A stretch of 64,000 bases of DNA from an uncultured delta proteobacterium. Lineage in GTDB: Bacteria > Desulfobacterota > Desulfobacteria > Desulfobacterales > SG8-13. A program made the position numbers and the translations under genes. Location: the NCBI GenBank assembly GCA_963848135.1, contig CAWKCK010000017.1:744001-808000 (forward strand), in the 5' to 3' direction. Below are positions 1 to 9,503 of the stretch, piece after piece. Under the pieces are notes generated by a model. It saw only the letters and a list, made by a program, of their open reading frames with translations, was not told the origin of the DNA and did no database searches. Numbering within the stretch: position 1 is the stretch's first letter; each line of letters begins with the position of its first letter.

Positions 1-154
1 AACCATTGGCGTCACTCCGGATAAACCATTTCTGCGGGGCGGTCCGGGCAAATAAACCGGCATCGGCCATGGGGTATTGCAAGCGATAATCGATAGCCCT
101 GTCGCCGTTGTAGCGGCGCGATGAAGACCGATTGTCGTCATCGAAATCGGCTAC

Positions 155-295
155 CTAATTTTTCTCGTGCACCGTATCGACGTCCTCGATACCGGGCATT
201 TCGTTTTCCCGGCTGACGAAGATCAGATAGGCATACGCAGCGATCAGGCACACAACCAGCAACACCATTCCTATGACTGTCAGTAGCGTTGTCAT
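155..295 (-). CDS. small single-pass membrane protein (46 aa)
   Basis: ATG at 295 with strong RBS (AGGAGGT); hydrophobic helix LLTVIGMVLLVVCLIAAYAYLIFV followed by an acidic tail. Confidence 0.6.
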   Translation of the reverse strand: MTTLLTVIGMVLLVVCLIAAYAYLIFVSRENEMPGIEDVDTVHEKN

Positions 296-366
296 TTTAG
301 CCCACCTCCTGCTTTCCTCTATCGAGTTGAAAGCGAACCACACCAAAAATACATTCAGGCATTGAT

Positions 367-765
367 TTATCCGGTGGCGCTAATGCTGCCCAAATGCTTC
401 GAGATTGTGTAGAGAAGCGACTCGAATGGAAACGGTTTCTCAATGACGTCGTGTATCCCGTAGTTAAAAACGCGTGACATGGGATCAACATCGCCAATGG
501 CGGCCACCATTATCTTGATCGAACCGGGACAGTAACCCTGCGCAATTTTCAGGAATTCAAACCCATCGATACCGGGAAGACTGAAGTCGCTGATGATGAT
601 ATCGAAAGAGCCTTCCTTCAACAAACCGATTCCTCCGGCACTGGAATAAGCGCTTTCGAGAGCGCACCCCTCACCCAATAGCGCTTTTTTTAACGTATCG
701 CGAATGTAAGGGTCGTTTTCGACCAAAAGCACTCTGAGTCCGCAAAGTTTATGAAGGTTAATCAT
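367..765 (-). CDS. single-domain response regulator (receiver)
   Basis: LLVEND, ISDFSLPGIDG (phospho-Asp) and KPF motifs. Confidence 0.9.
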   Translation of the reverse strand: MINLHKLCGLRVLLVENDPYIRDTLKKALLGEGCALESAYSSAGGIGLLKEGSFDIIISDFSLPGIDGFEFLKIAQGYCPGSIKIMVAAIGDVDPMSRVFNYGIHDVIEKPFPFESLLYTISKHLGSISATG

Positions 766-820
766 CTTGGGTTCCTATCCGATTAAGCGAATGTTTTATG
801 CAATCACGACATAGAAACCC

Positions 821-970
821 TACAAAGATCATGCCAGTTCATCAAAAAATTAATTTTTATAATAATAATAGATTGTTAAGCCGACTCAAACAGGAAGATG
901 ATCGGGTGTGAGGTAACAGGTGGGTGAAATGCCCCGATTTCTTTGGGCAAAAGGCACAGGGAATGTGCCC
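821..970 (-). promoter_or_regulatory. putative sigma54 promoter (GG-N10-GT variant) with AT-rich spacer and GGGCA-N3-TGCCC-like upstream sites
   Basis: Minus strand TGGCATGATCTTTGTA at 821-836; AT-rich 845-880; imperfect palindromes at 922-934, 945-957, 958-970. Confidence 0.5.
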
Positions 971-978
971 GTCTGTCG

Positions 979-2082
979 CTATCGGGGTTTCCGGCAAAAG
1001 AAGTGGAAATTGAAGGGGTCATCGGGAATCTCCAGGACTCGAATCATTTGAAAGCCGGCGGCGCCGAGCATTGACTCCGCCTTCTGCCGGCCCCACATCA
1101 TTCCGAGACCGGGGCCACCGTTCACCAGGCCAACCGGCATGCAATGCATCAGGCTGACCGTGTACAGGAACGGTGCCATCGCATGGGTCATGTTGTCTGA
1201 AAGCCGGCTGCTGGCGGCAATATCGATCATTGAAAGAAGCCCGCCAGGTTTCAAGATCGCGTAAATACCATTCAGGGCCGCTTGGGGACGACTCTGATCG
1301 TGAATGGCGTCAAATGCGGTGACATAGTCGAATGATTCCCGAAGCTCTTTATCGGCATGTAGTGCAGCGGCATCCAACGTCAAAAAGGTCGCATTCGACA
1401 AATTCGACCGTGCGGCATCTGCGCTCGCCTTCTCTATGACATCGCTCAACATATCGATTCCGACAAACTCGCTGTTGGGAAAAGCCTCTGCCATTAGGAT
1501 CACGGCAATTCCCTCGGCACATCCCAGGTCACAGACGCGAATACCCGTCCGCAATTTCTCAATCAACCGCCCCCCGTCGATGGTTGGCAGAAATCGGCTG
1601 ACCAAAACCTGCCGATGTTTGGCATTGGCCAGTTGGGCCATGAAAGCCTGGAATTTCGGATAGTTTTCGTACCCAATCCCTTCTCCGCTGGAGAAATTTT
1701 CGACAACGGAATCAAAGGCACATGACGTCAGCAATGGAATTTCTTGCGTATAAACACCTAAATTAGCATTTCCGGCACGCCGGGTGATCAGATCGCCATG
1801 TTCACGCGGCAGGAAGAAAAGATCCACCCCATTGTCTTCGATGGATATATCGACGACCTCTCCGCAGACCATCACCCCCAACCACTCTTTCACGTACCTT
1901 TCGTCCATTCCGGATTTTTCGGCAATCGTGGAAGCCGGGGCCGGCGTGTCAATCGCATCCATCACATCCAAAAGGCCGGTTCGGTAACCAATCGCAAGGG
2001 CAAGGTTCAATGCGCTGGAATTCAATACCGTAGATATTTTAGTCGCAAACGCTTCGCGTTTTTGTCTCGATGACTGCTTCAT
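979..2082 (-). CDS. class I SAM-dependent methyltransferase with N-terminal winged helix (Rv2258c-like)
   Basis: VCDLGCAEG motif I, FDAIHDQ, YTVSLMHCMPV, ERYVKEWL; ATG 2082 has a GGGAG RBS. Confidence 0.85.
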   Translation of the reverse strand: MKQSSRQKREAFATKISTVLNSSALNLALAIGYRTGLLDVMDAIDTPAPASTIAEKSGMDERYVKEWLGVMVCGEVVDISIEDNGVDLFFLPREHGDLITRRAGNANLGVYTQEIPLLTSCAFDSVVENFSSGEGIGYENYPKFQAFMAQLANAKHRQVLVSRFLPTIDGGRLIEKLRTGIRVCDLGCAEGIAVILMAEAFPNSEFVGIDMLSDVIEKASADAARSNLSNATFLTLDAAALHADKELRESFDYVTAFDAIHDQSRPQAALNGIYAILKPGGLLSMIDIAASSRLSDNMTHAMAPFLYTVSLMHCMPVGLVNGGPGLGMMWGRQKAESMLGAAGFQMIRVLEIPDDPFNFHFFCRKPR

Positions 2083-2336
2083 ATCGCACTCCCTGTGGAG
2101 CCGCATGATTGTATATGGTACAGGGAAATGTCAAGCAGTTATCGGAGAGGGGGGGGCTTAAAGTATCTTGGCCGATCTTGCTGTCATCCGAGAGTGTTCT
2201 TTCGAGGTCTATTCCTGAAGGGGCTTTGCCGCAGATCCTTGCTTGAAAGATTAGCGATTGAAATCAAATCCTGAATTGGTGTATACAACCAATGATTCGC
2301 GCATCAATTACCGGCTGTTGATTTCTGCTTACAACC

Positions 2337-3191
2337 ATGGAAGTATTCATCACCTCGAATCAAATGAAATATGATTTGTTAGCATCACGAAATACCTACT
2401 TCTCCGCCGATAGGCCAATGTCCTGGTTCGCACGCAGGTCCCCCGCAGCGGTGTTCTATGCCAAAGTCATAATGATCGTGGTCACAGCGTCCCGCCTGGC
2501 CAAAAGAGGACTTTACAAAGATAATCAATGGATCAGAAGCAGCTATAATACTGTCAAGGCGCTCGAATCCGTGGGGGGAAGCTTTGAGATCGAGAATACG
2601 CACGTTTTTCGAGAGTTAAAAACCGCCTGTGTATTTGTCAGCAATCATATGAGTGTTTTGGAGACCTTTGTCCTGCCCTGCCTGATTCAGCCCTACCGCG
2701 ATGTTACTTTCGTGGTCAAGAAAAGCCTGATCGACTACCCCTTTTTCAGATGGGTCATGCGTAGCCGCGACCCGATCGTTGTCGGGCGTGAAAATCCCCG
2801 AGAAGACCTTAGAGCTGTTCTGGAGCAAGGTCAAAGACGGTTGAAAAACAATATTTCCGTCATCATTTTCCCCCAAACGACGCGCAGTGAGTCATTCGAT
2901 CCCAAAGCTTTCAACACCTTGGGAGTGAAACTTGCCTTGCGGGGAAACGTACCGGTGGTGCCGGTCGCCCTGAAGACAGATGCCTGGGGGATTGGCCGCA
3001 AATACAAAGACTTCGGGAAGATAGAACCAGCTAAACGGGTTCACATCAGCTTCGGTGAGCCGATGCCCGTGAAGGGATCGGGGAAAAACGAGCACAAGGT
3101 GATCGTTGATTATATAACCGGAAAGGTCAATGCGTGGCAGGCAGAACAAACGGCCAGAATTGGAAAGACGGGTAACCCCGAAAAGGCTTGA
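2337..3191 (+). CDS. plsC: lysophospholipid (1-acylglycerol-3-phosphate) acyltransferase, PlsC family
   Basis: SNHMSVLE block I, IFPQTTRS block III, VPVVPVAL block IV. Confidence 0.8.
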   Translation: MEVFITSNQMKYDLLASRNTYFSADRPMSWFARRSPAAVFYAKVIMIVVTASRLAKRGLYKDNQWIRSSYNTVKALESVGGSFEIENTHVFRELKTACVFVSNHMSVLETFVLPCLIQPYRDVTFVVKKSLIDYPFFRWVMRSRDPIVVGRENPREDLRAVLEQGQRRLKNNISVIIFPQTTRSESFDPKAFNTLGVKLALRGNVPVVPVALKTDAWGIGRKYKDFGKIEPAKRVHISFGEPMPVKGSGKNEHKVIVDYITGKVNAWQAEQTARIGKTGNPEKA

Positions 3192-3337
3192 GTCGAACGA
3201 TAAAATTTCACTGTTTTACAAATAAGATGCCGGTAGGAAACGATGCCTGAAATGTCCCTGCCGGTACAATTGTTTTGCCCTGGAATAAATAGGATAAACT
3301 TCGCCATTCGTCTGAATCGGCTATCGAAACATACCGA

Positions 3338-3559
3338 TCAGGTCGGTTTACGACTGAAATTTAACAGACGGAATCTGGTCTTTATCTTCTTGACACAGGT
3401 CTGGGCGTGCAATTTACGCCACATGTCTTCCAGGTATTTCCATGACAGATTGCTGATAGAAGCATAACCATTCGGTAATTCCCAGAGCCCGGTCGCTGTA
3501 TCACGCATAAGGTCAGTAGACTGCTGGCATTGGGGACAGACCAGGGTGATGTTTTTCAT
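3338..3559 (-). CDS. small hypothetical protein with CPQC motif
   Basis: ATG 3559 preceded by GGAAGG; MKNITLVCPQCQ..., later H and C residues that could bind Zn. Confidence 0.5.
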   Translation of the reverse strand: MKNITLVCPQCQQSTDLMRDTATGLWELPNGYASISNLSWKYLEDMWRKLHAQTCVKKIKTRFRLLNFSRKPT

Positions 3560-4103
3560 GTTTACCCTTCCAGTTGGTGATAGACAATATACCGACCACC
3601 ATGTCGGCAATTAAATGCACCTAGCAACCTGACCACCAACCTAGCGAAACAAATATCTGACGGCGGCCCGGATTACACCTGGCATGCAAAAAGTGTGCAA
3701 AGTAATACAAAAACATATATAATGCTGAATATATTATTAATATTTTATTTCGCGCTAAATTGTGAAGTCGGAAGGAATTGGGAAATTGTGAAGTATATGT
3801 AATAAAAATCGGGAAGGATTTTACACAATTCGGCCCGCCGGGGTGCCCCGGTTCGATAGGCGACGTTTATAGGATACCGACCCATCGGTTCCCCTGAAAC
3901 CATGACCGAAAGCTAATGTTCTTTCTTTTCCTTACAGGATGCATTTTTGTGAACGATCTTTTTCTTTAGTTTGCACCACAACCCGACAAAAGTGCGACAC
4001 GATCTCGATCCGTCGGACAGTTCCTTGGGCCATTCAGCATACGCGCATTTCAAGTCACAAAACTTCATCGCAGCCATTCCGTTCGACAAGGTATTTTGAA
4101 AAT

Positions 4104-4919
4104 ATGCATGATATTGAAGATATTATCCTATCTCACAGCCTACGGGGCATTGACACCGTCCGAAATGCTCTCCCATCGGGATACTGCCGGCGCGCGGCCG
4201 AAATGATCATTGCCAACCCGGGTACTGTTTTGATCGGAACCGGTTTTCCTGTGGGTGAAAGCTTTGAAACTGACGGTCCAATAGGTGCCATCGGACTTTA
4301 TCGCGTTCTGGAAGGTCTCGGGTACCGCCCGATGTTCGCCTGTGCCCCCCCGATCTCCCGAATTCTCACGCGCACCTATACCACCTATGAAATACCGATT
4401 CTGGATTGGGAAGCCAGTATCAGCATGGCCAATTCCGCCCTGGGCGAAATAGCACCCCGTGTGATCGTAGCAGTGGAACGACCGGGAGTCAGCCGTGATG
4501 GGCGATACTATAACATGCGGCGTCAGGATATTACGGACCGGGTTGCCAAATTCGATATTTTTTTTCGTCTCAGTACCTGCCCGACCCTGGCCTTTGGCGA
4601 CGGTGGCAATGAAATCGGAATGGGCAATCTGATCGAACACCTGGCGCACCTGCCAATCATACCTTCCGTAACCACCTGCGACGAGTTGGTCATCTCCACG
4701 GTTTCGAACTGGGGGGTTTATGGCGTCATTGCAGCCATGAGCCAAATACTCGGCCGGGACCTTTTCAGTTTTTTCGATCCCGAATCGATACTCGATTATT
4801 TGGTTGCCAACGGATCGGTCGATGGTTTAACCACCCGACCGGAATATTCCGAGGACGGCTTCCCGATTAAGGTCGGCCTTTCCATAATCGACAAACTGCG
4901 CCACGATTTCGCGGCTTGA
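4104..4919 (+). CDS. DUF4392 / D-glutamate cyclase-like C-terminal domain protein
   Basis: TGFP..ETDGPIGA, VERPG, GDGGNEIGMG and VSNWGVYG motifs. Confidence 0.8.
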   Translation: MHDIEDIILSHSLRGIDTVRNALPSGYCRRAAEMIIANPGTVLIGTGFPVGESFETDGPIGAIGLYRVLEGLGYRPMFACAPPISRILTRTYTTYEIPILDWEASISMANSALGEIAPRVIVAVERPGVSRDGRYYNMRRQDITDRVAKFDIFFRLSTCPTLAFGDGGNEIGMGNLIEHLAHLPIIPSVTTCDELVISTVSNWGVYGVIAAMSQILGRDLFSFFDPESILDYLVANGSVDGLTTRPEYSEDGFPIKVGLSIIDKLRHDFAA

Positions 4920-5041
4920 CGCATGCTCAACGACGCTGCCGCCCCCAGACAAACAGAAAGGATTTCCAACTGCCACAGTACATCTTTTTCAAGCGCCCCC
5001 CGCAAGTTTCCGATATTTCAAGGACTTGATCACAAACAAGG

Positions 5042-5073
5042 GGGAGCCGGTGCGAAATGCCGTGCCGGCTCCC
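5042..5073. terminator. hairpin between convergent genes
   Basis: GGGAGCCGG...CCGGCTCCC inverted repeat. Confidence 0.55.
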
Positions 5074-5103
5074 GTGAACTAAAAATCGCCTACATGCAGG
5101 AGG

Positions 5104-5769
5104 TTACCCTTGCGCTCTTATGGGGGTCAACACCATCGTAACGCGGCGATTTGCGGCGGCACTGCTTGAAATGGGTTGGGATTCACCAAAACCGATCGCG
5201 GTCATGCGTTCGGAGGCGACCCCCCGCTGCATAAGGGCGCTGGTGACGGCCTGAGCACGTCGTTCCGACAGGGTTTGATTATAATCTTCCGGTCCGGAAC
5301 TATCGGTATGTCCCTGAATTTCCACCATCGTTTGAGGGTAATCGGCAAGAACTTTGGCGACCCGGTCAATTTCGGCATAGGCACCGGGTTTAATCTTTGC
5401 CGAGTTGAAATCGAAGAACATGTCGCTTTTAAATGTTGCAATCAAAACATCCTGTGAACGCTGAATCGAGGCCTGATCAGCCGCTGTGGCCGCTGCCATT
5501 GCCTGCCGCAGCGCCTCTTCCTGCCGGTCCATGTATGCGCCGACCTGGTTGCCCACAAGGCCACCGGCAACGGCACCTGCCAATCCCCCGATAATCATGC
5601 CCTTGGTACGGTCTTTTTTGCCCGTAGACGCACCACCGACGGCGACACCGATTGCAGCCCCGGTGGCCGCACCGATTGCGGTCCCTTTCTGCTGTTTGGT
5701 GTAAGTCCCCTGCGATGCACAGGCAAAAATGAATACCGAAGACATAACGACGCAAAGCGTTTCTTTCAT
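5104..5769 (-). CDS. OmpA-family lipoprotein with glycine zipper (YiaD-like)
   Basis: Lipobox IFAC; GAATGAAIG glycine zipper; GHTDSSG..YNQTLSERRA..NRRV. Confidence 0.92.
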   Translation of the reverse strand: MKETLCVVMSSVFIFACASQGTYTKQQKGTAIGAATGAAIGVAVGGASTGKKDRTKGMIIGGLAGAVAGGLVGNQVGAYMDRQEEALRQAMAAATAADQASIQRSQDVLIATFKSDMFFDFNSAKIKPGAYAEIDRVAKVLADYPQTMVEIQGHTDSSGPEDYNQTLSERRAQAVTSALMQRGVASERMTAIGFGESQPISSSAAANRRVTMVLTPIRAQG

Positions 5770-6355
5770 TCCTGAACTCCTTTACTAAGTAGTTTCACAG
5801 CTTTCATAATGAACCAACCCCTGTCCGCTGCTAAAGACAAACAGCCTATTCGTGCGGCCGGATTCCATCCGATCGGTTTTTCCATCAAAAACCATACCGA
5901 GTCCGAATCCTACCGATCGATATGGAAAGGTTTTTATTTTAGTAAAAATCCCGCCCAAGATCAATTGGAATGATGAAATTGGCCGGCACCCAGAATTTCA
6001 ATTTCGGCAACTTGCCATAGGAAATAGGGAGCCATGGCTGAACGCCTTTCTGGTTTTGCCGAATCGACCACTTTCACCGATGGTCGAATGCACGGTCGAG
6101 TGTCCACTTGGACGCCCATGTGGCCGAAAGGTTTACCCGCCATTACGACCCCTTCTGCCGGATTTTCCGGAAGTAACTGAATTAATTAGAACTTTTCTGG
6201 TGACCGAGCACCGCCTTTCGATGGAATATCAGGGAGATCAGTACCCCTCGCTCGATGGACAAAACGATCTTGCCGATTGATTCCCGGGACGCGATAGGGT
6301 AAGGTGCCAGGTAAGAATTCCGCGAAATTAACCCCCATGCACCCGGGAGAAAAAA

Positions 6356-7438
6356 ATGGACCGTTATGCGGAGCCGACGAGGCAGGTTTATGAAGGCTGG
6401 GACGAATTTTATGATCGGTCGAATGATGAAAAGATCGAATTGTTTCGGCAAAACGGCCGCATCTTCGATGTTATCTTTGCCCAACAGTTCGACCGGGAAT
6501 TCCTGGATTACATGGTCGGCCTTGCCGATAAGATAAGGCTATTGGCCAACACCAAGATGGGTCTCGGGAAACTCAAGCGTCTGCTGCGACACAAACGGGC
6601 GATGCTCTACTTCGTGCAGCCGTCCACCCGGACCTTTCTATCGTTCCAGAATGCCTGTTACACGCTGGGGCTGAGCGTTTCCGAAATCCGGAGCACATCG
6701 ACCAGTTCGGAGGTCAAGGGCGAATCCCAGGAAGACACGATCCGCACCTTTGCCAGTTATGTCGACCTTATTATTGCCCGGCACGCTGAAGCCGGGTTCG
6801 CCGAAAAGACGGCCTGGGTCCTGAATCAAACCGCCCGCCCTGTTCCTGTTATCAACGGCGGCTCAGGCCCCGACCAACACCCGACCCAGGCCCTGCTCGA
6901 CATCTACACCCTTGAACGCGAATTTCGAAACCTCGGTGGGTTGGACGGAAAAAAGGTCGCCATGGTCGGTGACCTCAAACGCGGACGAACGGTGCGCTCA
7001 TTGAGCTACCTGATGAAAAACTACCGGGATATCACGCTCTATTTTGTCGCCCCGGAAGTATTCAGGATGCGTAAAGACATCAAACAATTTTTGAATAAAC
7101 ACAGCATCCTTTTCTATGAAACGGAAGACTTTGAAAGCATCATGCCGGAAGTAGATGCCATATACATGACCCGGATCCAGAACGAGTATGCCGAACACCC
7201 CCAGAGTGAAGATGAAACCTACCCGGCATTTCATTTCAAAACCAAGCATCTGCCGATGATTCAACCCCACTGCGCGATCCTGCATCCCCTGCCGCGACGA
7301 TACGAAATCGAAGTGGCCGTTGATCAGGACCCGCGTGCCGCCTACTGGCGGCAGGAGCGTTGTGGGATGTGGATCCGCGCGGCATTGATCACTTACATCT
7401 TCAGGGTCGATCAGATCATTCTGGATGAGTTTTCATAA
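6356..7438 (+). CDS. pyrB: aspartate carbamoyltransferase catalytic chain
   Basis: [36 protein letters not shown] and HPLPR motifs. Confidence 0.88.
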   Translation: MDRYAEPTRQVYEGWDEFYDRSNDEKIELFRQNGRIFDVIFAQQFDREFLDYMVGLADKIRLLANTKMGLGKLKRLLRHKRAMLYFVQPSTRTFLSFQNACYTLGLSVSEIRSTSTSSEVKGESQEDTIRTFASYVDLIIARHAEAGFAEKTAWVLNQTARPVPVINGGSGPDQHPTQALLDIYTLEREFRNLGGLDGKKVAMVGDLKRGRTVRSLSYLMKNYRDITLYFVAPEVFRMRKDIKQFLNKHSILFYETEDFESIMPEVDAIYMTRIQNEYAEHPQSEDETYPAFHFKTKHLPMIQPHCAILHPLPRRYEIEVAVDQDPRAAYWRQERCGMWIRAALITYIFRVDQIILDEFS

Positions 7439-7451
7439 GAGGAGTCACACC

Positions 7452-8450
7452 ATGGGTGTCAATCTGCGTAACCGCCATTTCCTCAAGCTACTCGATTTTT
7501 CACCCCAGGAAATTCACTTCCTGCTGAATCTTTCCGCCGACTTGAAAAAGGCGAAGTCCGCCGGTACGGAGCAACCGCGGCTGAAAGACAAAAACATCGC
7601 CCTGATTTTCGAAAAAACCTCCACCCGCACCCGCTGTGCCTTCGAGGTGGCGGCCTTCGATCAGGGCGCGCGGGTCACCTACCTGGCTCCGACGGGATCC
7701 CAAATGGGGACGAAAGAATCGATCAAAGACACCGCCCGCGTGCTGGGCCGCATGTATGATGGAATCGAATACCGTGGATTTGCACAGGAAAAAATCGAAA
7801 TACTGGCCCGCTACGCCGGCGTGCCGGTATGGAACGGCTTGACCGACAGCTTTCACCCCACCCAGGTGCTGGCCGATTTTCTGACCATGATCGAAAACAG
7901 CGACAGACCGTTAACGGAGATTTCATTTGCTTACCTGGGGGACGCCCGCAACAATATGGGAAATTCTCTGATGGTGGGCGCTGCCAAGATGGGCATGGAC
8001 TTTCGGGCAGTGGCCCCCGTTGACGTTCAACCTGATCGGATCCTGGTCGCCGAAGCCCGTAAAATTGCCGAACAGACCGGTGCGCTGATTACGGTTACCA
8101 ACAATCTGGACGGTGTCAAAGGTTGCGATTTTATCTGTACCGACGTCTGGGTGTCCATGGGCGAGCCGCAAAACGTCTGGGAAGAGCGCATCCGTCTGCT
8201 GCAGCCCTACCAGGTCAACGCGGCGGTCCTGGAAAAAACCGGCAAACCCGATGTTAAATTCCTGCACTGCCTGCCGGCATTCCACAACCGCGAAACCGAA
8301 GTGGGGGAGGAAATTTATCAGCGATTCGGGTTGAATGCCATGGAAGTGACCGAAGACGTGTTCGAATCCGAGGCATCAGTGGTATTCGACGAAGCCGAGA
8401 ATCGTCTTCACACCATAAAGGCCGTAATGGTTGCAACACTGGGAAATTGA
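7452..8450 (+). CDS. argF: ornithine carbamoyltransferase
   Basis: KTSTRT, HPTQ, DVWVSMG, HCLPAFH, AENRLH; ATG 7452 after AGGAG. Confidence 0.95.
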   Translation: MGVNLRNRHFLKLLDFSPQEIHFLLNLSADLKKAKSAGTEQPRLKDKNIALIFEKTSTRTRCAFEVAAFDQGARVTYLAPTGSQMGTKESIKDTARVLGRMYDGIEYRGFAQEKIEILARYAGVPVWNGLTDSFHPTQVLADFLTMIENSDRPLTEISFAYLGDARNNMGNSLMVGAAKMGMDFRAVAPVDVQPDRILVAEARKIAEQTGALITVTNNLDGVKGCDFICTDVWVSMGEPQNVWEERIRLLQPYQVNAAVLEKTGKPDVKFLHCLPAFHNRETEVGEEIYQRFGLNAMEVTEDVFESEASVVFDEAENRLHTIKAVMVATLGN

Positions 8451-8478
8451 TTTCACGCCTTCTCAAAAAAAACATTAA

Positions 8479-9336
8479 TCAAAGACGATCGGCCTTGAAG
8501 GTGTTGCACCGGCTGACTTCGCCGGTTTGAAGGCCGATCCGAAACCAGCGCACCCGCTGCTCCGAGCTGCCGTGGGTAAAAGAATCCGGTGTGATGTACC
8601 CTCGGGACTGGCGCTGCAACCGGTCATCTCCGATGGCGCTGGCGGCGTTGAGGGCCTCCTCGACATCACCTTCTTCGAGGATTTGCCGTGACCGTTCGGC
8701 ATGGTGCGCCCAGACACCGGCAAGGCAGTCGGCCTGCAACTCCATCATAACCGAAAGTCGGTTTCCCTGTGCCTCACTGACCCGACCCCGCAAGTCGTGC
8801 ACCTCACCGGCAATTCCCAACAAATTCTGAACGTGATGGCCGATTTCGTGTGCCACCACGTATGCTTGGGCAAAGTCGCCCGGCGCGTTGAACCTTTTTT
8901 TCAGATCCTGGTAAAAGCTCAAATCGATGTATACCTTCTGATCCCTGGGGCAGTAAAAGGGACCGACAGCCGCTTGAGCATACCCGCAGGCCGACTCGAC
9001 CGCACCCGAATAAAGCACCAGGTACGGCTCTTGATAGGTTCCTCCCATTTGCCGGAACAGGGCATGCCAGGTATCTTCAGTGTCCGCCAAGACCACCGAA
9101 ATGAACGCCGCCAGCTGGTCATCGGCCGGTGAACCAGTACCCGGTTGTGTCTGTTGGGTTGTGGTACCCCCCGGCGGAACGCCCTGATTGATGACAACGG
9201 AAGGGTCAACCCCGAAATACAACGCAACCAGTACCAATAATAATGTGCCGATGCCGCCGCCGGCCGCACGGCGCGACACTCTGAATCCGCGGCGATCCTC
9301 CACATTACTGCTTCTGCGGCCACTTTTCCAGCGCAT
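8479..9336 (-). CDS. neutral zinc metallopeptidase, YpfJ family
   Basis: SSNVEDRRG N-terminus, GPFYCP, AHEIGHHVQ (HExxH), ELQADC, FTHGSSEQR. Confidence 0.92.
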   Translation of the reverse strand: MRWKSGRRSSNVEDRRGFRVSRRAAGGGIGTLLLVLVALYFGVDPSVVINQGVPPGGTTTQQTQPGTGSPADDQLAAFISVVLADTEDTWHALFRQMGGTYQEPYLVLYSGAVESACGYAQAAVGPFYCPRDQKVYIDLSFYQDLKKRFNAPGDFAQAYVVAHEIGHHVQNLLGIAGEVHDLRGRVSEAQGNRLSVMMELQADCLAGVWAHHAERSRQILEEGDVEEALNAASAIGDDRLQRQSRGYITPDSFTHGSSEQRVRWFRIGLQTGEVSRCNTFKADRL

Positions 9337-9503
9337 AGCAACCCTCTGGTTTTTTCTGTTATTGAACCCGAAGATATTCATCCCGGACACTTCATTTAAT
9401 GAAATGTCCGGGCAATGTGGCTACCGGTTCATGCGGGAAGACTTCCAGCAGATTGTCTGAACCCCTTGACAATCCAGCCGGGTGCATCACGCCGAAACGG
9501 TTG

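Noticed and set aside
1..150. Possible 5' end of a minus-strand gene leaving the window
   Set aside because: Two frames are open and neither gives a recognisable product
2149..2156. G8 tract between divergent genes as a phase-variable promoter
   Set aside because: It is not within a recognisable -35/-10 spacer, and nothing else supports it
3660..3830. Possible sigma54 promoter and enhancer for the CPQC protein
   Set aside because: The best match has TG instead of the invariant GG at -24; too weak to call
5852..6484. 142-aa, 100-aa and 60-aa ORFs, or a riboswitch, upstream of pyrB
   Set aside because: No RBS or motif support, and no RNA element that I could recognise
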